60,000 bases of DNA, taken from positions 7,256,001-7,316,000 of the forward strand of contig CM075992.1 of assembly GCA_038087875.1 (NCBI GenBank). The letters run 5' to 3'. Shown here in pieces: positions 1-14,262 of the stretch. Within the stretch, counting starts at the first letter, position 1; each line of letters starts with the position of its first letter. The DNA is from Malacoraja senta (lineage: Eukaryota). The notes below the pieces were generated by a model, which was not told the DNA's origin, ran no database searches, and worked only from the letters and a program-made list of their open reading frames with translations. A program made the position numbers and the translations under genes.

Positions 1-3000
1 TGGGGTTATTTGAGCATTGGTTTATGCTCACAAGAATTGAAATTGCAACATGTATTGAAATTGCTGGGGTCAGGCATCACGGCATTTGCCAGAGGATTGG
101 ATGATGATTTGTATCAGATTCACAACAAGATGCTTCAGCACTGATGTGTGGTGCACACTTTGAAATAAATTGTATTCATAAAAATGCAATAACACCAAAT
201 ATTCATCCTAAGTATGCAGGGCTCTGCAAACCAACCAACATACAAATGCCTAAATCTGCTGTTTGGAGAGTTTAAAAAAAAATTTAAAAAAGAAAAAACC
301 TGAGTGGTATGATGATGCGACCACCAATGCTGAGCAGAGCAGTGCGAAGGCAGTATCCCTACAGGCGGAATGCTGGTGCTGGAGAAGGAACAAGTCGATC
401 ATTCTCGTATACACGTTGGCGTGCTGCACCGGGGATACGTGGAGGTTACAATATGCCTACCAGAAGGGGACAACAATGGCCGGTGGCAAACCCCGATGTA
501 GGTGGTCCTGGTCTGGTAAGGAAGACAAATGATTGATTTATTCTAAACAGCATTGTAGGATTCAAAATTGAGTTCTATCCACATTTGGATCCTCCAAGGC
601 AAGAAAATTCAAACTGGTCACGAATTTTCTCAAAAGAAGAGAATAAGTTGATCAAAGGAGAATTAGAAACTTTAACCAAAAAGGGGGTAATAGAGAAGTC
701 AGTAGAACAACACCATCAGTTTGTATCAAATATTTTTCCAAGAACAAAAAAGGATGGTGGATGTAGAATCATATTGGATCTGACAAATCTTAACCTTTAT
801 GTACAATACAAACATTTCAAAATGGAAACATTTACTAATGCAATTCAGCTAATCACGGAAAATTGCTACATGGCAAGCATAGATCTGCAAGATGCATATT
901 ATTCCATGGCAATGCATGGTAATGGTCAAAGATATTTGAAATTTAGATGGATGAGTCAGTTATGGCAATTTAAAGCATTGCCCAATGGTCTGACTTCAGC
1001 ACCAAGATTATTCACTAAATTGCTCAAACCAATTTTAGCTCTGTTAAGAGCTGAGGGCCATGTTTTAATGGCTTATTTAGATGATATCCTCATTGTAGGG
1101 GACACTTTGGCTGCTGCAAAATTGTCAGTATCCAGAGTCAAATACATTTTGAGAAATTAGGTTTCATTATTCACCTACAAAAATCTAAATTGTTACCAAG
1201 CAAAAAGATTGATTACCTAGGGGTCACAATTAACTCCGAACACATGGTAATCACTTTGCCAAAAGATAAAAAGCTGCAGTTAATTGAAGGTTGCATAAAA
1301 CTCATTAACGAGGACACACCTTCAATTAGAGAAGTGGCAAGCTTGCTAGGCAAATTAATTGCAGGGTTTCCAGCGGTCACGTTTGGACCATTGCATTATC
1401 AATGTTTACAGAGAGCTAAGGTACAAGCGTTAAAAATGAATAGAGGGCATTTTGACAGGCCCATGAAATTAACAATTGAATCCATTACAGAAATAGAATG
1501 GTGGATTAACAATGTTTCTAATGCTTCCAGAAAAGTTATGGTAGAAACACCTTCCGTCACTCTACAGACTGATGTAAGTGCGCTGATTTGGGGCGCTACT
1601 AACATGATTTCCAGCTGTGGAGGTAGGTGGAATGTGAATGAAGTACCTTTGCTGGAAAATCTGGGAATCAATTACCTAGAGCTATTAGGCGCATTTTACG
1701 GCCTTAGAGCTTATTGCACTGATATGGGAAATGTGCATGTTCAGGTACAGGTTGACAATACTACAGCTGTAGCATACATAAATCACATGGGTGGTATAAA
1801 ATCAGAATCATGTGATAAATTGGCAAATGAAATTTGGACCTGGGGTATTGCCAGAAAAATTTGGCTGTCAGCAATATATTTACCAGGTAAAAATTAATAC
1901 AATTGCAGACAAAAGATCACGTAAATTTAATGATAATACAGAATGGATGTTAAATCGGAAAATATTCACACAAATTATCACACAATTTGGAATGCCAGAA
2001 ATTGATCTGTTTGCATCAAGATTGAACCACCAGTTGCCTAAGTATGTGTCATGTGAACCTGATCCTGTAGCAGTAGCGGTGGATGCTTTCTCGCTACATT
2101 GGGGTGGTATGTTTCTGTATGCGTTTCCGCCATTTTGTTTAATCCACAGATGCATACAGAAAATTAAACAAGATTCAGCCTCAGGGATTTTGGTATTACC
2201 AGATTGGCCTAAACAGCTATGGTACCCACTGGTGTTAAAAATAATCACACACAAAAAACAAAAACAAAAAAAAAAACCCTTATGGTTATTCCAAAGCAGA
2301 TTAAACTGCTTGTACACCCTGTGACTGATGAACCACATCCTTTACATGATCGTATTGGTTTGTTGATTTGCAGATTCTAAGAAGGCCATATCTTGGAAAG
2401 GATTATCAGACCGTACGGTGGATGTTATGACAGCAGCCTGGAGGACTAGCACCCAGAAGCAGTACATCTCCTATATAAAGAAATGGGAGGAGTTTTGTTC
2501 AGGGAAACATATTGCATATAACGCAGCAGAAATTTCAGATGTAATAGAGTTCCTTTCTCCTCTATACTATGAATTAAAATTAAGTTATAGTGCAATTAAT
2601 ACTGCACGAAGCAGTGAATATTTAAGCATATTTAAGCAGTGAATCAGAACAAACTCCAATAGGAGCACATCCTTGGGTCTGTAGGTTTATGAAAGGAATT
2701 TTCAACTCTAATCCTCCCAGACCTAGGTATACAGAAATTTGGAATGTAAAAGATGTACTGATGTTGCTAAGGAATTGGAATCCAGTTGAAACTCTGCCAT
2801 TATCCAAAATCACCATGAAATTGGTTATGCTCATGGCATTAGTTTCAGCTTAGAGAGTTCAAACATTATAGAAACACAGAATTGATAGAATGAAAGTAGG
2901 GCAAAATGCCGTGAAATTCTATGTCTATGATTTACTGAAGCAAAGTAGACCTGGATTCACAGGATGCAAGTTGGAATTTTTAGCATATCCTACAGATCCA

Positions 3001-3872
3001 CGACTGTGTGTAGTAACATATGTGAAATGTTACATAGAAAAAACAAAAGTTTTAAGAGGCACCGAATTGGCATTTTTTATTAGTCATAAAAAGCCTCATA
3101 AGAAAGTGTCAACACAAACAATTTCACGATGGTTGAAACAAGTGTTGAGATATTCAGGTAATGATACTGATAAAATTAAATCTCATTCCACCAGGGCGGC
3201 ATCAACATCAGCGGCCAGGGATTCAGAGGTGCAATAGACCTTATTCTCGCGGCCACAGGATGGGCAAGTGAACAGATGTTTCACAAGTATTACCATAAGG
3301 AGATTAAAGATCTCAGAGGGTTTGGTGATGCCGTGCTGGATACACAATTAAATCCCCCATTATAATAAATGGGCCCAATTTTGTTACTTTTATTAAAATA
3401 AATAAAACCATTAACTGATTACATTCAAATGTTGTGGTTATGCATTGTTGATTGTGCTTACTCAAATAGAGTCAATCGATGCAGTGAACACCTGGATTTG
3501 AATCCACGGTGTGAAATCACAGAGCTTTGAAATCTTCACGTAGTCACTCACGTGACTCCGAAGTAAAATAGTAAGATTAAACGAGAACTTACCAGTTTGA
3601 AGTTTGATCTTTATTTTATGAGGAGTAACGTTGAGGGATTACGTGCCCTCCGCTCCCACCCTCATAAAAGGATCAAGCTGGTAGTTCTAAGTTATTTATG
3701 CATCTTACTATCATGCTTCAGTAATTATCGTCTGTGATTGTCACTCCGCTGCTTTGAAAGATTGACGCGTGTGCGGCTGGACGGCGTCTTCTTCACGTAA
3801 TCCCTCAACGTTACTCCTCATAATATAAAGATCAAACTTCAAACTGGTAAGTTCTCGTTTAATCTTACTATT
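1..3872 (+). mobile_element. DIRS1-like tyrosine-recombinase retrotransposon (degenerate; 5' end lies outside the window)
   Basis: Frameshifted pieces in order: RT (KDGGCRIILDL, IDLQDAY, LPNGLTSAP, YLDD; 585-1160), RNase H (TDVS..WGA, INYLELLGA, VDNTTAVAYINHMGG; 1190-1897), DIRS MT-like domain (IDLFASRLN, YAFPPF; ~1900-2324) and tyrosine recombinase (HSTRAASTS; 2418-3300), followed by ICR and right terminal repeat. Confidence 0.95.
3567..3872. repeat. DIRS internal complementary region (ICR) and right terminus: 79-bp inverted repeat
   Basis: 3567-3645 (AATAGTAAGATTAAACGAGAAC...GGATTACGTG) is the reverse complement of 3794-3872 with 1 mismatch. The sequence just upstream (TCACTCACGTGACTCCGAAGT) is complementary to the DIRS left end seen at 39108. 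Confidence 0.9.
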
Positions 3873-4356
3873 CCCTTTCTTCACTGCCTGCTGCACCTGC
3901 ATGCCTACTTTCAATTACAGGTGTACAATGACACCCAGGTCTCGTTGCATCTCCCCTTTTCCTAATCGGCCACCATTCAGATAATAGTCAACTTTCCTGT
4001 TTTTGCCACTAGTGGATATCCTCACATTTATCCACATTATACTGCATCTGCCATGCATTTACCCACTCACCCAACCTATCCAAGTCACCTTGCAGCATCC
4101 TAGCATCCTCCTCACAGCTAACACTGCCCCCCAGCTTCGTGTCATCCGAAGCAGATTGTGAAAGGAAAGGGAGTGAGAGGAACTGTGCGAAGGAAATTCA
4201 GACAAAAAGATTGGCAAAGTGCAGAGCTAGGGGACAGTATGAAAAGAGGAAGGTGAGGGAGTGAGCAAGACAACATGGAGAGACAAGAGATTGTGAAAGA
4301 GAGAGAAAGGGTATGGTCAGAGAGCTAGCCTAGTATGGAAGGAGTATGGTCAGGCG

Positions 4357-4655
4357 GGCAGCACAGTGGCACAGCGGTTGAGTTGCTGCCTTACAGCACG
4401 AGAGACGCAGGTTCGATTCTGACTATGGGTGCTGTCTGTATGGAGTTTGTACATTCTCCCCGAGTCCGCGTGGGTTTCCATCAGGTGCTCTGATTTCCTC
4501 CCACACTCCAAAGACATGTAGGTTTATAGGTTAGTTGGTTTCTGTGAAGTGTACATTGTCCCCAGTATGTAGGTCAGTGCTAGTGAATGGGGTGATCGCT
4601 GGCCAGCGCGGACACGGTGGGCAGAAGGCTCTGTTTCATACGCTGCATCTCTAAT
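4357..4655 (+). mobile_element. HE1-like V-SINE (tRNA-derived head, V-domain, CR1-like tail)
   Basis: A-box-like GTGGCACAGCGG, B-box-like GGTTCGATTC, V-domain GGAGTTTGTACATTCTCCCC...GGGTTTCC...TTTCCTCCCACACTCCAAAGAC. Confidence 0.85.
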
Positions 4656-5079
4656 TGTCTAAAGTAAAGCTAGTGTTGTAAACAATGTGGTGAGAGGGAG
4701 GGGAAGGTGTGAGGATGGAGTGTGAAAGCAAAGAGTGATGTTGATTGTGATATTAGAATATCAGAAGCAAGAGGGGTGAGAAGGTTGGAGAATAGAGAGA
4801 TAGAATGAAGTATGGAAGAGAGAATTTGGGATTAGTTTAGTTTAGTTTAGAGATGCAGCGTGGAAACAGGCCCTTCAGTCCACCGAGTGTGCAGACAATC
4901 TATCAACAGTTCACACATTAGTTTTATGTTTAGTTTAGTTAACCTTTACAGTACCATAATGGAGGGTGCATTTGCCACCATTAAACATTGACCCATCAGT
5001 CCTTAATGAAACCAAGGTTGACCCATAACCGAGCACCAACCTCGCTGCCTCTTCTCCCATCGCCCATCGTGCAGGGGGA

Positions 5080-5455
5080 GAAACATAGAAACATAGAAAA
5101 TAGGTGCAGGAGTAGGCCATTCGGCCCTTTGAGCCTCCACCGCCATTCAATATGATCATGGCTGATCATCCAACTCAGTATCCTGTACCTGCCTTCTCTC
5201 CATACCACTTGATCCCTTTAGCCGCAAGGGCCACATCTAAAACAATCTTAAATATAGCCAATGAACTGGCCTCAACTACTTTCTGTGGCAAAGAATTCCA
5301 CAGATTCACTACTCTCTGTGTGAAATATTTTTTTCTCTCTCGGTCCTAAAAGACGTCCCCCTTATCCTTAAACTGTGACCTCTTTTTCTGGACTTCCCCA
5401 ACATCGGGAACAATCTTCTTGCATCTAGCCTGTCCAACCCCTTAAGAATTTTGTA
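5080..5455 (-). mobile_element. CR1 LINE 3' fragment
   Basis: (AAACATAG)n is the reverse complement of the (TTCTATGT)n tail; 3' UTR stem AGGCCATTCGGCCC; end of ORF2. Confidence 0.85.
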
Positions 5456-6269
5456 AGTTGGAACGTGCCATATGCAACGTGCCATATTTCTACATCACCA
5501 GAGGAATATACCCTATACAAGGAGTGGGGAAAGGCAGTGGATAGACTGCACTCTGAATAAATATCTAAAACTGATGTAGGATTACGGAATCCTGCACAAC
5601 GTTTACAAAGATTTTCAAACAAAATATTTTTTCACTGGATCTCGGTACACTTGACAATAATAAACCTACTCACTAATAACTTGGCGGGCACGTGTATGCC
5701 CTTTCCTCACTCTGATAAAATGTCAACAAATTGACATTTTTCGTGAATGATTTTGGTGTTCTTGAGGGAAATAAAAAAGCACAGAATAGAAATAGCAAAT
5801 GCAAAATCAGCATGCCGACTCACTTCACATCCTACATTATTTATCCTGGATTGGCACTTCCTCTCGTTAGCACATTTCCACGGGGCTGGCAAGTCAGAGG
5901 CGATCAGCAGAGCGTTTGGACATTTCCATCGCAGCCTTCTATTTTTCTATTCCATCTGATGTACTCAGCCAGCCTTGGAACTTGACATCAAATGATCCCA
6001 TGGTCTGGGTAAGTGATGAAGCCCACAGCCGACATTGAGGCAAGAGTCAAGATGCTCGTGGTGAGGCAATAATGTGCTGTGTGTCATTAGACTGATGTAC
6101 AAAGTCATTGACGAGTGTCTTTGACCAGTGTCCCAGTAGGACATGGTAGAGGTCAACTAGAATCACCATCAATGCGAGGTGAACATGACGCAAGGGGTCA
6201 AGAGATGAGTACTAAGAGAGGGGATAATGCGGAGAAAGAGGGATAGTTTTAGAGGGAGAGTGCGGAGAG

Positions 6270-6296
6270 AGATAGAGGGAGGGCGAGGGCGGAGAG

Positions 6297-6348
<52 letters not shown>

Positions 6349-6493
6349 GAGACAGGGAGAGAGAGAGCAAGAGAGAGATAGAGAGAAAGAAAGAGAGGGA
6401 TAGCGTGAGAGAGAGAGGGCGGGAAGAGAGGGAGGGAGAGAGAGAGGGAGAGAGGGAGGGAGAGAGTGAGTGGGGAGAGAGAGAAAAGGAAGG

Positions 6494-6571
<78 letters not shown>

Positions 6572-6727
6572 AAGAAATAGAGGGATAGCATGAGAGAGAG
6601 AGGGGCGGAAGAGAGAGGGAGGGAGAGAGAGAGGGAGAGAGGAGGGAGAGAGTGAGAGTGGGGAGAGAGAGAAACGGAAGGGGAGAGAGAGAGTGAGAGA
6701 GAGAGAGAGAGAGAGAGAAGGAGAGAG

Positions 6728-6775
<48 letters not shown>
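6270..6775. repeat. (GA)n-rich microsatellite / low-complexity tract
   Basis: Long imperfect GA run; source of the spurious SL/ER ORFs. Confidence 0.95.
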
Positions 6776-6776
<1 letters not shown>

Positions 6777-6813
6777 GTGTAAAGAGAAAGAGAGAGAGTG
6801 CAAAGGTGTGGGA

Positions 6814-7727
6814 AACATAGAAACATAGAAAATAGGTGCCAGGAGTAGGCCATTCGGCCCTTCGAGCCTAAACCGCCATTCGATATGATCATGGCTGATC
6901 ATCCAACTCAGTATCCCATCCCTGCCTTTTCTCCATACCCCCTGATCCATTTAGCCACAAGGGCCACATCTAACTCCCTCTTAATTATACCCAAATTAAC
7001 TGGCCTCAACTACCTTCTGTGGCAGAGAATTTCACAGATTCACCACTCTGTGTAAAAAATGATTTTTTCATCTCGGTCCTAAAAGACTTCCCTCTTATCC
7101 TTAAACTGTGACGCCTAGTTATGGACTTCCCCAACATCGGGAATAATCTGGCCTGTCCAAACCCCTTAAGTATTTTGTAAGTCTATAAGATCCCCCCTCA
7201 ATCTTCTAAATTCTTGCGTGTACAAGCCGAGTCTATCCAGTCTTTCTTCATATGAAAGTCCTGCCATCCCAGGAATCAGTATGGTGAACCTTCTCTGTAC
7301 TCCCTCTATGGCAAGAATGTCTTTCCTCAGATTAGGAGACCAAAACTGTACGCAATACTCCAGGTGTGGTCTCACCAAGACCCTGTACAACTGCAGTAGA
7401 AACTCCCTGCTCTTATACTCAAATCCTTTTGCTATGCATGCTACATGCCATTTGCTTTCTTCACTGCCTGCTGCACCTGCATGCCTACTTTCAATGACTG
7501 GTGTACCATGACACTCAGGTCTCGTTGCATCTCCCCTTTTCCTAATCGGCCACCATTCAGATAATAGTCTACTTCCTGTTTTTGTCACCAGTGGATAACC
7601 TCACATTTATCCACATTATACTGCATCTGCCATGCATTTACCCACTCACCCAACCTATCCAAGTCACCTTGCATCATCCCAGCATCCTCCTCACAGCTAA
7701 CACTGCCCCCCCAGCTTTGTGTCATCC
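6814..7727 (-). mobile_element. 5'-truncated CR1 LINE
   Basis: CR1 ORF2 C-terminus (LVRPHLEYCVQFWSP, WQMQYNVDKCEVIH) plus tail. The matching empty site GTGGGAAGCTGATTGTG is present at ~9306. Confidence 0.9.
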
Positions 7728-7934
7728 GAAGCAGATTGTGAAAGGAGAGGGAGTGAGAGGAACTGTGCGAAGGAAATTCAGACAAAAAGATTGGCAGAGT
7801 GCAGAGCTAGGGGACAGTATGAAAAGAGAAGGTGAGGGTGTGAGCAAGACAACATGGGAGAGAAGAGAGATTGTGAAAGAGAGAGAATGGGTATGGTCAG
7901 AGAGCTAGCCTAGTATGGAAGCGTATGTTCAGGC

Positions 7935-8235
7935 GGTCAGCACAATGGCACAGCGGTAGAGTTGCTGCCTTACAGCACCAAGCACGCAGGTTCGATTCTG
8001 ACTATGGGTGCTGTCTGTATGGAGTCTGTACATTCTCCCCGAGTCCGGTGGGTTTCCATCAGGTGCTCTGATTTCCTCCCACACTCCAAGATGTGTAGGT
8101 TTATAGGTTAATTGATTTCCGTGAAGTGTACATTGTCCCAGTATGTAGGCCAGTGCTAGTGAATGGGGTGATCGCTGGCCAGCGCGGACACGGTGGGCCG
8201 AAAGCTCTGTTTCATACGCTGCATCTCTAACTGTC
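7935..8235 (+). mobile_element. HE1-like V-SINE (duplicated copy)
   Basis: Near-identical to 4357-4655. Confidence 0.85.
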
Positions 8236-8889
8236 TAAAGTAAAGCTAGTGTTAGTAAACAATGTGGCGAGTGGGTGGGGAAGGTGTGAGGATGGAGTGT
8301 GAAAGCAAAGAGTGATGTTGATTGTGATATTAGAATATCAGAAGCTAGAGGGGGTGAGAAAGTTGGAGAATAGAGAGGTAGAATGAAGTATGGAAGAGAG
8401 AATTTGGGATTAATTTTGTTTAGTTTGGAGATGCAGCGTGGAAACAGACCCTTCAGTCCACCGAGTGTGCCGACAATCGATCAACAGTTCACCACATTCG
8501 TTTTCTGTTTAGTTTAGCGGTGTTAACCTTTACAGTACCATAATGGGGGGTGCATTTGCCACCATTAAACATTGAACCATCAGTCCTTAATGAAACCAAG
8601 GTTGCCCCATAATCGAGGACCAGCCTCGCTGCCTCTTCTCCACACGCCCACCGTGCAGGGGTAGATAGATAAAAAAAATGCTGCAGTAACTCAGCCAGAC
8701 AGGCGGCATCTCTGCGAGAAGGTATGTGTGACGTTTTTGTGTCGAGACCCTTCTTCAGGGTCCCAGTAGGACATGGTGGAGGTCAACTATAATCACCATT
8801 AATGCAAGGTGAACATGACGCAAAGGGTCACGTGATGTGTAGGGAAGAGAGGGGATAATGCGGAGAAAGAGGGGTAGTTTTAGAGGGAG

Positions 8890-9300
<411 letters not shown>

Positions 9301-9521
9301 AAGGTGTGGGAAGCTGATTGTGAAAAGAAAGAGAGGGAGAGGGAACATTGTGCAAAGGAAATTCAGACAAAAAGACTGGCAGAGTGCAGACCTCGGGGAC
9401 AGTATGAAAAGAGGAAGGTGAGTGTGTGAGCAAGACAACATGGAGTGACAAGAGATTTTGAAAGAGAAAAGAAGGGGAATGGTCAGAGAGCTAGCCTAGT
9501 ATGGAAGGGGTATGGTCAGGC

Positions 9522-9825
9522 GGGCAAGCACAATGGCACAGCGGTAGATTTGCTGCCTTACAGCACCAGGCACGCAGGTTCGATTCTGACTATGGGTGCT
9601 GTCTGTATGGAGTTTGTACATTTTCCCCGAGTCCGCATGGGTTTCCCTCAGTGTGCTCTGATTTCCTCCCACACTTCAAGACATGTAGGTTTATAGGTTA
9701 ATTGGTTTCCGTGAAGTGGTACATTGTCCCAGTATGTAGGTCAGTGCTAGTGAATGGGGTGATCGCTGGTCAGCGTGGACGGGTGGCCGAAAGGCTCTTT
9801 CATACGCTGCATCTCTAACTGTCTA
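9522..9825 (+). mobile_element. HE1-like V-SINE (third copy)
   Basis: Near-identical to 4357-4655. Confidence 0.85.
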
Positions 9826-10472
9826 AAGTAAAGCTAGTGTTGTAAACAATGTGGCGAGAGGGTGGGGAAGGTGTGAGGATGGAGTGTGAAAGCAAAGAGT
9901 GATGTTGATTGTGATATTAGAATATCAGAAGCTAGAGGGGGTGAGAAGTTGGAGAATAGATAGATAGAATGAAGTATGGAAGAGAGACTTTGGGATTAAT
10001 TTTGTTTAGTTTGGAGATGCAGCGTGGAAACAGACCCTTCAGTCCACCGAGTGTGCCGACAATCGATCAACAGTTCACACATTCGTTTATGTTTAGTTTA
10101 GCGGTGTTAACCTTTACAGTACCATAGTGGAGGGTGCATTTGCCACCATTAAACATTGAACCATCAGTCCTAATGAAACCAAGGTTGCCCCAAATCGAGG
10201 ACCAGCCTCGCTGCCTTCTTCTCCACACGCCCACCGGGCAGGGTAGATAGATACAAAAATGCTGCAGTAACTCAGCCAGACAGGCGGCATCTTCTGGCGA
10301 GAAGGTATGTGTGACGTTTTGTGTCGAGACCCTTCTTCAGGGGTAGTGGTTGACAAAACGTATACCTCCAGATTCAAGAGAGGTTTCTTCCCTGCTGTTA
10401 CCGGGCAACGGGTGCAATAGAATAGGTCCTTTCCTGAACTGTCCAACGGCTGCACATTTTCTTTCCCCTCAG

Positions 10473-10604
10473 GTTTTGGGGGACCAATCAACGCCGATCA
10501 ACAGCAGGATGAAGACTGCGCTCTGATGCATCCAGATGGGATCATGCGCGATTGGCCAATGCAGTTCCATCTATTTCTTCATCTGTGAAAAACCAGAACA
10601 GTGA
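10473..10604 (+). pseudogene. Orphan terminal exon of a C-type lectin domain (gene A), QPD-like, two apparent frameshifts
   Basis: Acceptor TTTTCTTTCCCCTCAG, phase 2 like the last exon of gene B. Removing two single extra bases gives FWGTNQPDQQQDEDCALMHPDGIMRDWPCSSIYFFICEKPEQ*, parallel to gene B's ...WICEKPAQ*. Confidence 0.8.
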
Positions 10605-11360
10605 CACTTCCCCCCGGTCTTGACAGTCGGGACAAAACGGACAGCCAATCTGTCTATAAATGTCCCACACCTGTGTAACAAGTGAGCAGCCGGTAGCCGT
10701 GTTTGGCCATATGGGTGCGTAACCCTCCCTCTCCCTCCCTCCCTCTCACCACTGTATCCAAACTAAAGCCACTGATCAGATTCTGCATCGCTCCTTTATT
10801 CTACTCCAACATCGCATAGAACCACCATTCAGGTATATCCGAAGAAAGCACCCGATGTTGCCTGCCCCACGGAGTTACTCCAGCACATTGTATTCTCTGC
10901 GGGAATGTCTTATAATTCCCGAACCCACTCATACCCTCACTCACCCCCCACTCATGCATTCACTCTTTCTCCACCCCTCTCCCACCCTTGTCCTGTACTT
11001 TTGCTAAATTAAGTTGTTCTGCATTTCCCAAGTTTTGTTTTAATTTTTCACAACCTGTGTGCTTCATTTGCCGGTTTCCAAGCCAAGGTATCCTGGAATC
11101 TAAGGAATTCTGTAAGATCAAAATCAATGCACTTCCCTCACTTTGCTACAGAGCACACGCCCATGGATGTTGGCATATTGTAAAAAAAAACCACTAACTT
11201 TTGCTATGAATAGTCTGCAATCATCGGTGGCTCCATAATGAACCTGACAACAATGAGTTTAGCTCGTGCTTATATTTCCCGATTGCCCTTTATATATGGC
11301 GGCCTAGCTAGATTGCATTATATTGCCAAGCCCTGAGGTTTGGTGTGCCATTGAACTCAG

Positions 11361-11665
11361 ACGGCACAGTGGCGCAGCGGTAGAGCTGCTGCCTTACAGC
11401 GCCAGAGACCCGGGTTCGATCCTGACTACGGTGCTGTCTGTGCGGAGTTTGTACGTTTTCCCCGTGACCCGCATGGTTTTCTCCGGGTTCTCCGGTTGCC
11501 TCCCACAATCCAAAAGACTTACAGGTTTGTAGGTTAATTGGCTTCTGTAGAACTTGTAAATTGTCCCCAGTGTGTGTAGGGTAAGTGTTAGTGTGTGGGG
11601 ACCGCTGGTCGTCATGGACTTGGTGGACCGAAGGGCTGATTAAGCGGTGTATCTCGAAACTGAAC
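11361..11665 (+). mobile_element. HE1-like V-SINE
   Basis: GGCACAGTGGCGCAGCGGTAGAGCTGCTGCCTTACAGCGCCAGAGACCCGGGTTCGATCC head followed by V-domain. Confidence 0.85.
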
Positions 11666-14055
11666 TAGAAGTAAACTCACCATGCTGTTGTACCCTAAAT
11701 TGTATCAAAAGGAATCAGCACCATCCGCTGTACACTAGTGGGAACGTGCCATATTTCTACATCACCAGAGGAATATACCCTATACAAAGAGAGGGAGAAA
11801 AGCAGTGGATAAACTGCACTCTGAATAAACATCTAAAACTAATGCAGGATTACGGAATCCTGCACAACTTTTACAAAGATTTTCAAACAAAATATTTTTT
11901 TCACTGGATCTCGCTGCACACGACAATAATAAACCTACTCACTAATAACTTGGCGGTCACTTGTATGTCCTTTCCTCTCTCTGATGAAATGTCAACAAAT
12001 TGAAAAATTTCGTGAATATTTCTGACGTTGTTGGGGGATATTTAAAAAAAAAGCACAATAGAAATAGCAAATGCAAAATCAGAATGCTGATCTCACTTCT
12101 CATCCTACATTATTTATCCTGGATTTTCTCTTCCTCTCGTTATTACATTAATAGGTGGACACAAAATGCTGGAGTAACTCAGCGGGGGCAGGCAGCATCT
12201 CTGGAGAGAAGGAAAGGGTGATGTTTCAGGTCGAGACCCTTCTTACAACTCGACCCGAAACATCAAATGGGTTAATATAAGTGACTGGGTGACCAGTGGT
12301 CAGCATGGACTCAGTGGGCCGGAAGGGCCCGCTTCAATGCTGCATCTCTAAACTGAAGTTAACTGAGCGTGATTGGGGGAGGGGGTCAAACACAGTCACT
12401 GTGGGAAGGGAAGAGCAGGGTATTAGCTGCCTTAGCTCAGGCCGATGCAATACAGAGCTGCAAATCCAAGCATCCACCCTGCAGAACATTGAACAGCTCA
12501 ACAAAGGAACGGGCCCTTCAGCCCACAATGTCCATGCCGAACATGATGCCAGATTAAACTAATTGATTCTGCCTGTACATGATCCATATCCCTCCGTTCC
12601 CTGCCTGTCTATGTTCCTATCTAAAAGCCTCTTAAATATCTGTTAAAATAGTTTAATTTGGCATCGTATCTTCCTCCACCACTACCCCTGGCACCCACAA
12701 CCCTCTGTGTAAAGAACTTACCCTGCACATTTACATCAAATTTTTCACCCTCTCATATTTTCCTTCGTGGGGAAAAGGATTCTGACTGTCTACCCTATCT
12801 ATGCCTGTCAGAATTTTACATAATTTTTATGAAGTCTCCCCTCAAACCTCTGACCTTCCAGAGAAATCAATTTAAGTCTATCCAACCTCCAACATTAGGT
12901 TTAGACGAGCTACGTACCAATATTTGACTATGGGAGTGTGTAGGGGGTCACCTGAAATGAACGGAACTGGGCGTCTGCCGGGTTCCCACCCGGCTGCGTG
13001 TAGACCTGGGGAACTCCCCAAAGGACCAAAATATGGGTGCTAAATAGATGAGTTAAATCAATACCATGGTGTACTGACTGCCACGGCTATATCAACAACA
13101 CAAACGGCAGACATTTTCCCGCTGCAAAAGTGGCCGCCGGACACCCCACAAAGGGCCTAAAAAATGGACTAGCATTTAGACGAGCAATCTACCAGTCAAA
13201 AATAATGCCAAATGAACAAGTTGAATTCATAGAGTACAAAATGGGTTAGGCCAGAAAAACAGTCCGCTGCACTACAGGTACCAGACACCCAAAAAGTGGA
13301 CACCCTAGACCCTGCAGTCCAAATAGGCTAGCCTAGATATTGTGGGGTACCAGTTTAAACCAAGTTTAAATAATCCAGCACACCTTGGGGTAAATAAATT
13401 GACCTATGACAGAACGATTATATGCTGCATTGGGCATACCAGACACCCTAAATGGACCCTTGGGCCAATCTAGGCTTGCCTAGATATTAAAGGTACCAGC
13501 TAAAATCAGGTTTAGATGGTCAGTCACAGCCTGTGGAATACAAAATGACCCATGCCAGAATGATAACCAATTGCCTTGGCCGTACCAGACCCCCCCCCCC
13601 CCCCCCCCCCAATATGTCCTTGGACCCAAGTAGGCTAATCTAGGTATTAAAGAATGAGCTGAACCAGGTTTATATGATCAACCACAACCTTCGGCTAGTG
13701 AATACAAAGTGGCTCATGTCAAAATATTAACCACTTTTATCCCCCCTCATCCTTCTTAACTCCAGTGAATACAAGCCTAGTCTTTTCAATCTTTCCTCAT
13801 ATTACAGTCCCGCCATCCCAGAGATCAATCTGGTGAACCTACGCTGCACTGACTCAATCACAAGGACCAGTCTAATGAAATCATCTTGTTATGAAGGCCA
13901 AATTTCCATTAGCTTGCTTCACTGCCTGCTGTACCTGCACGCCACCTTTCAGTGACTGGTGTAGAAGGACACCCAGATCTCGCTGTACCTGTCCCTTACC
14001 TAACCTAACACCATTGAGATAATAATCGGCCCCCTTGTTTTTGGCACCAAAAGCG

Positions 14056-14135
14056 GATAACCTCACATTTATCTATATTCACGTGCATAACCTCACATTT
14101 ATCTATATTCACGTGGATAACCTCACATTTATCTA
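14056..14135. repeat. 30-bp tandem repeat (~2.7 copies) inside the CR1
   Basis: ATAACCTCACATTTATCTATATTCACGTG(G/C) repeated. Confidence 0.85.
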
Positions 14136-14262
14136 TGTCACGCATCTGCGCACTCACTCAACCTGTCCAGGTCACCCTGCAACCTCCTAACATCCTCTTC
14201 ACGTGTCACACTGCCACCCAGCATTGTGTCATCCGCAAACTTGCCAGTGTTGCTCCTCATTC

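Noticed and set aside
1812..2324. DNA methyltransferase or defence gene beside a recombinase (prokaryote-like system)
   Set aside because: This is the standard MT-like domain of DIRS1 retrotransposons lying between RNase H and YR.
11361..11430. tRNA gene
   Set aside because: The tRNA-like head runs straight into a V-domain and LINE-derived tail: a SINE.
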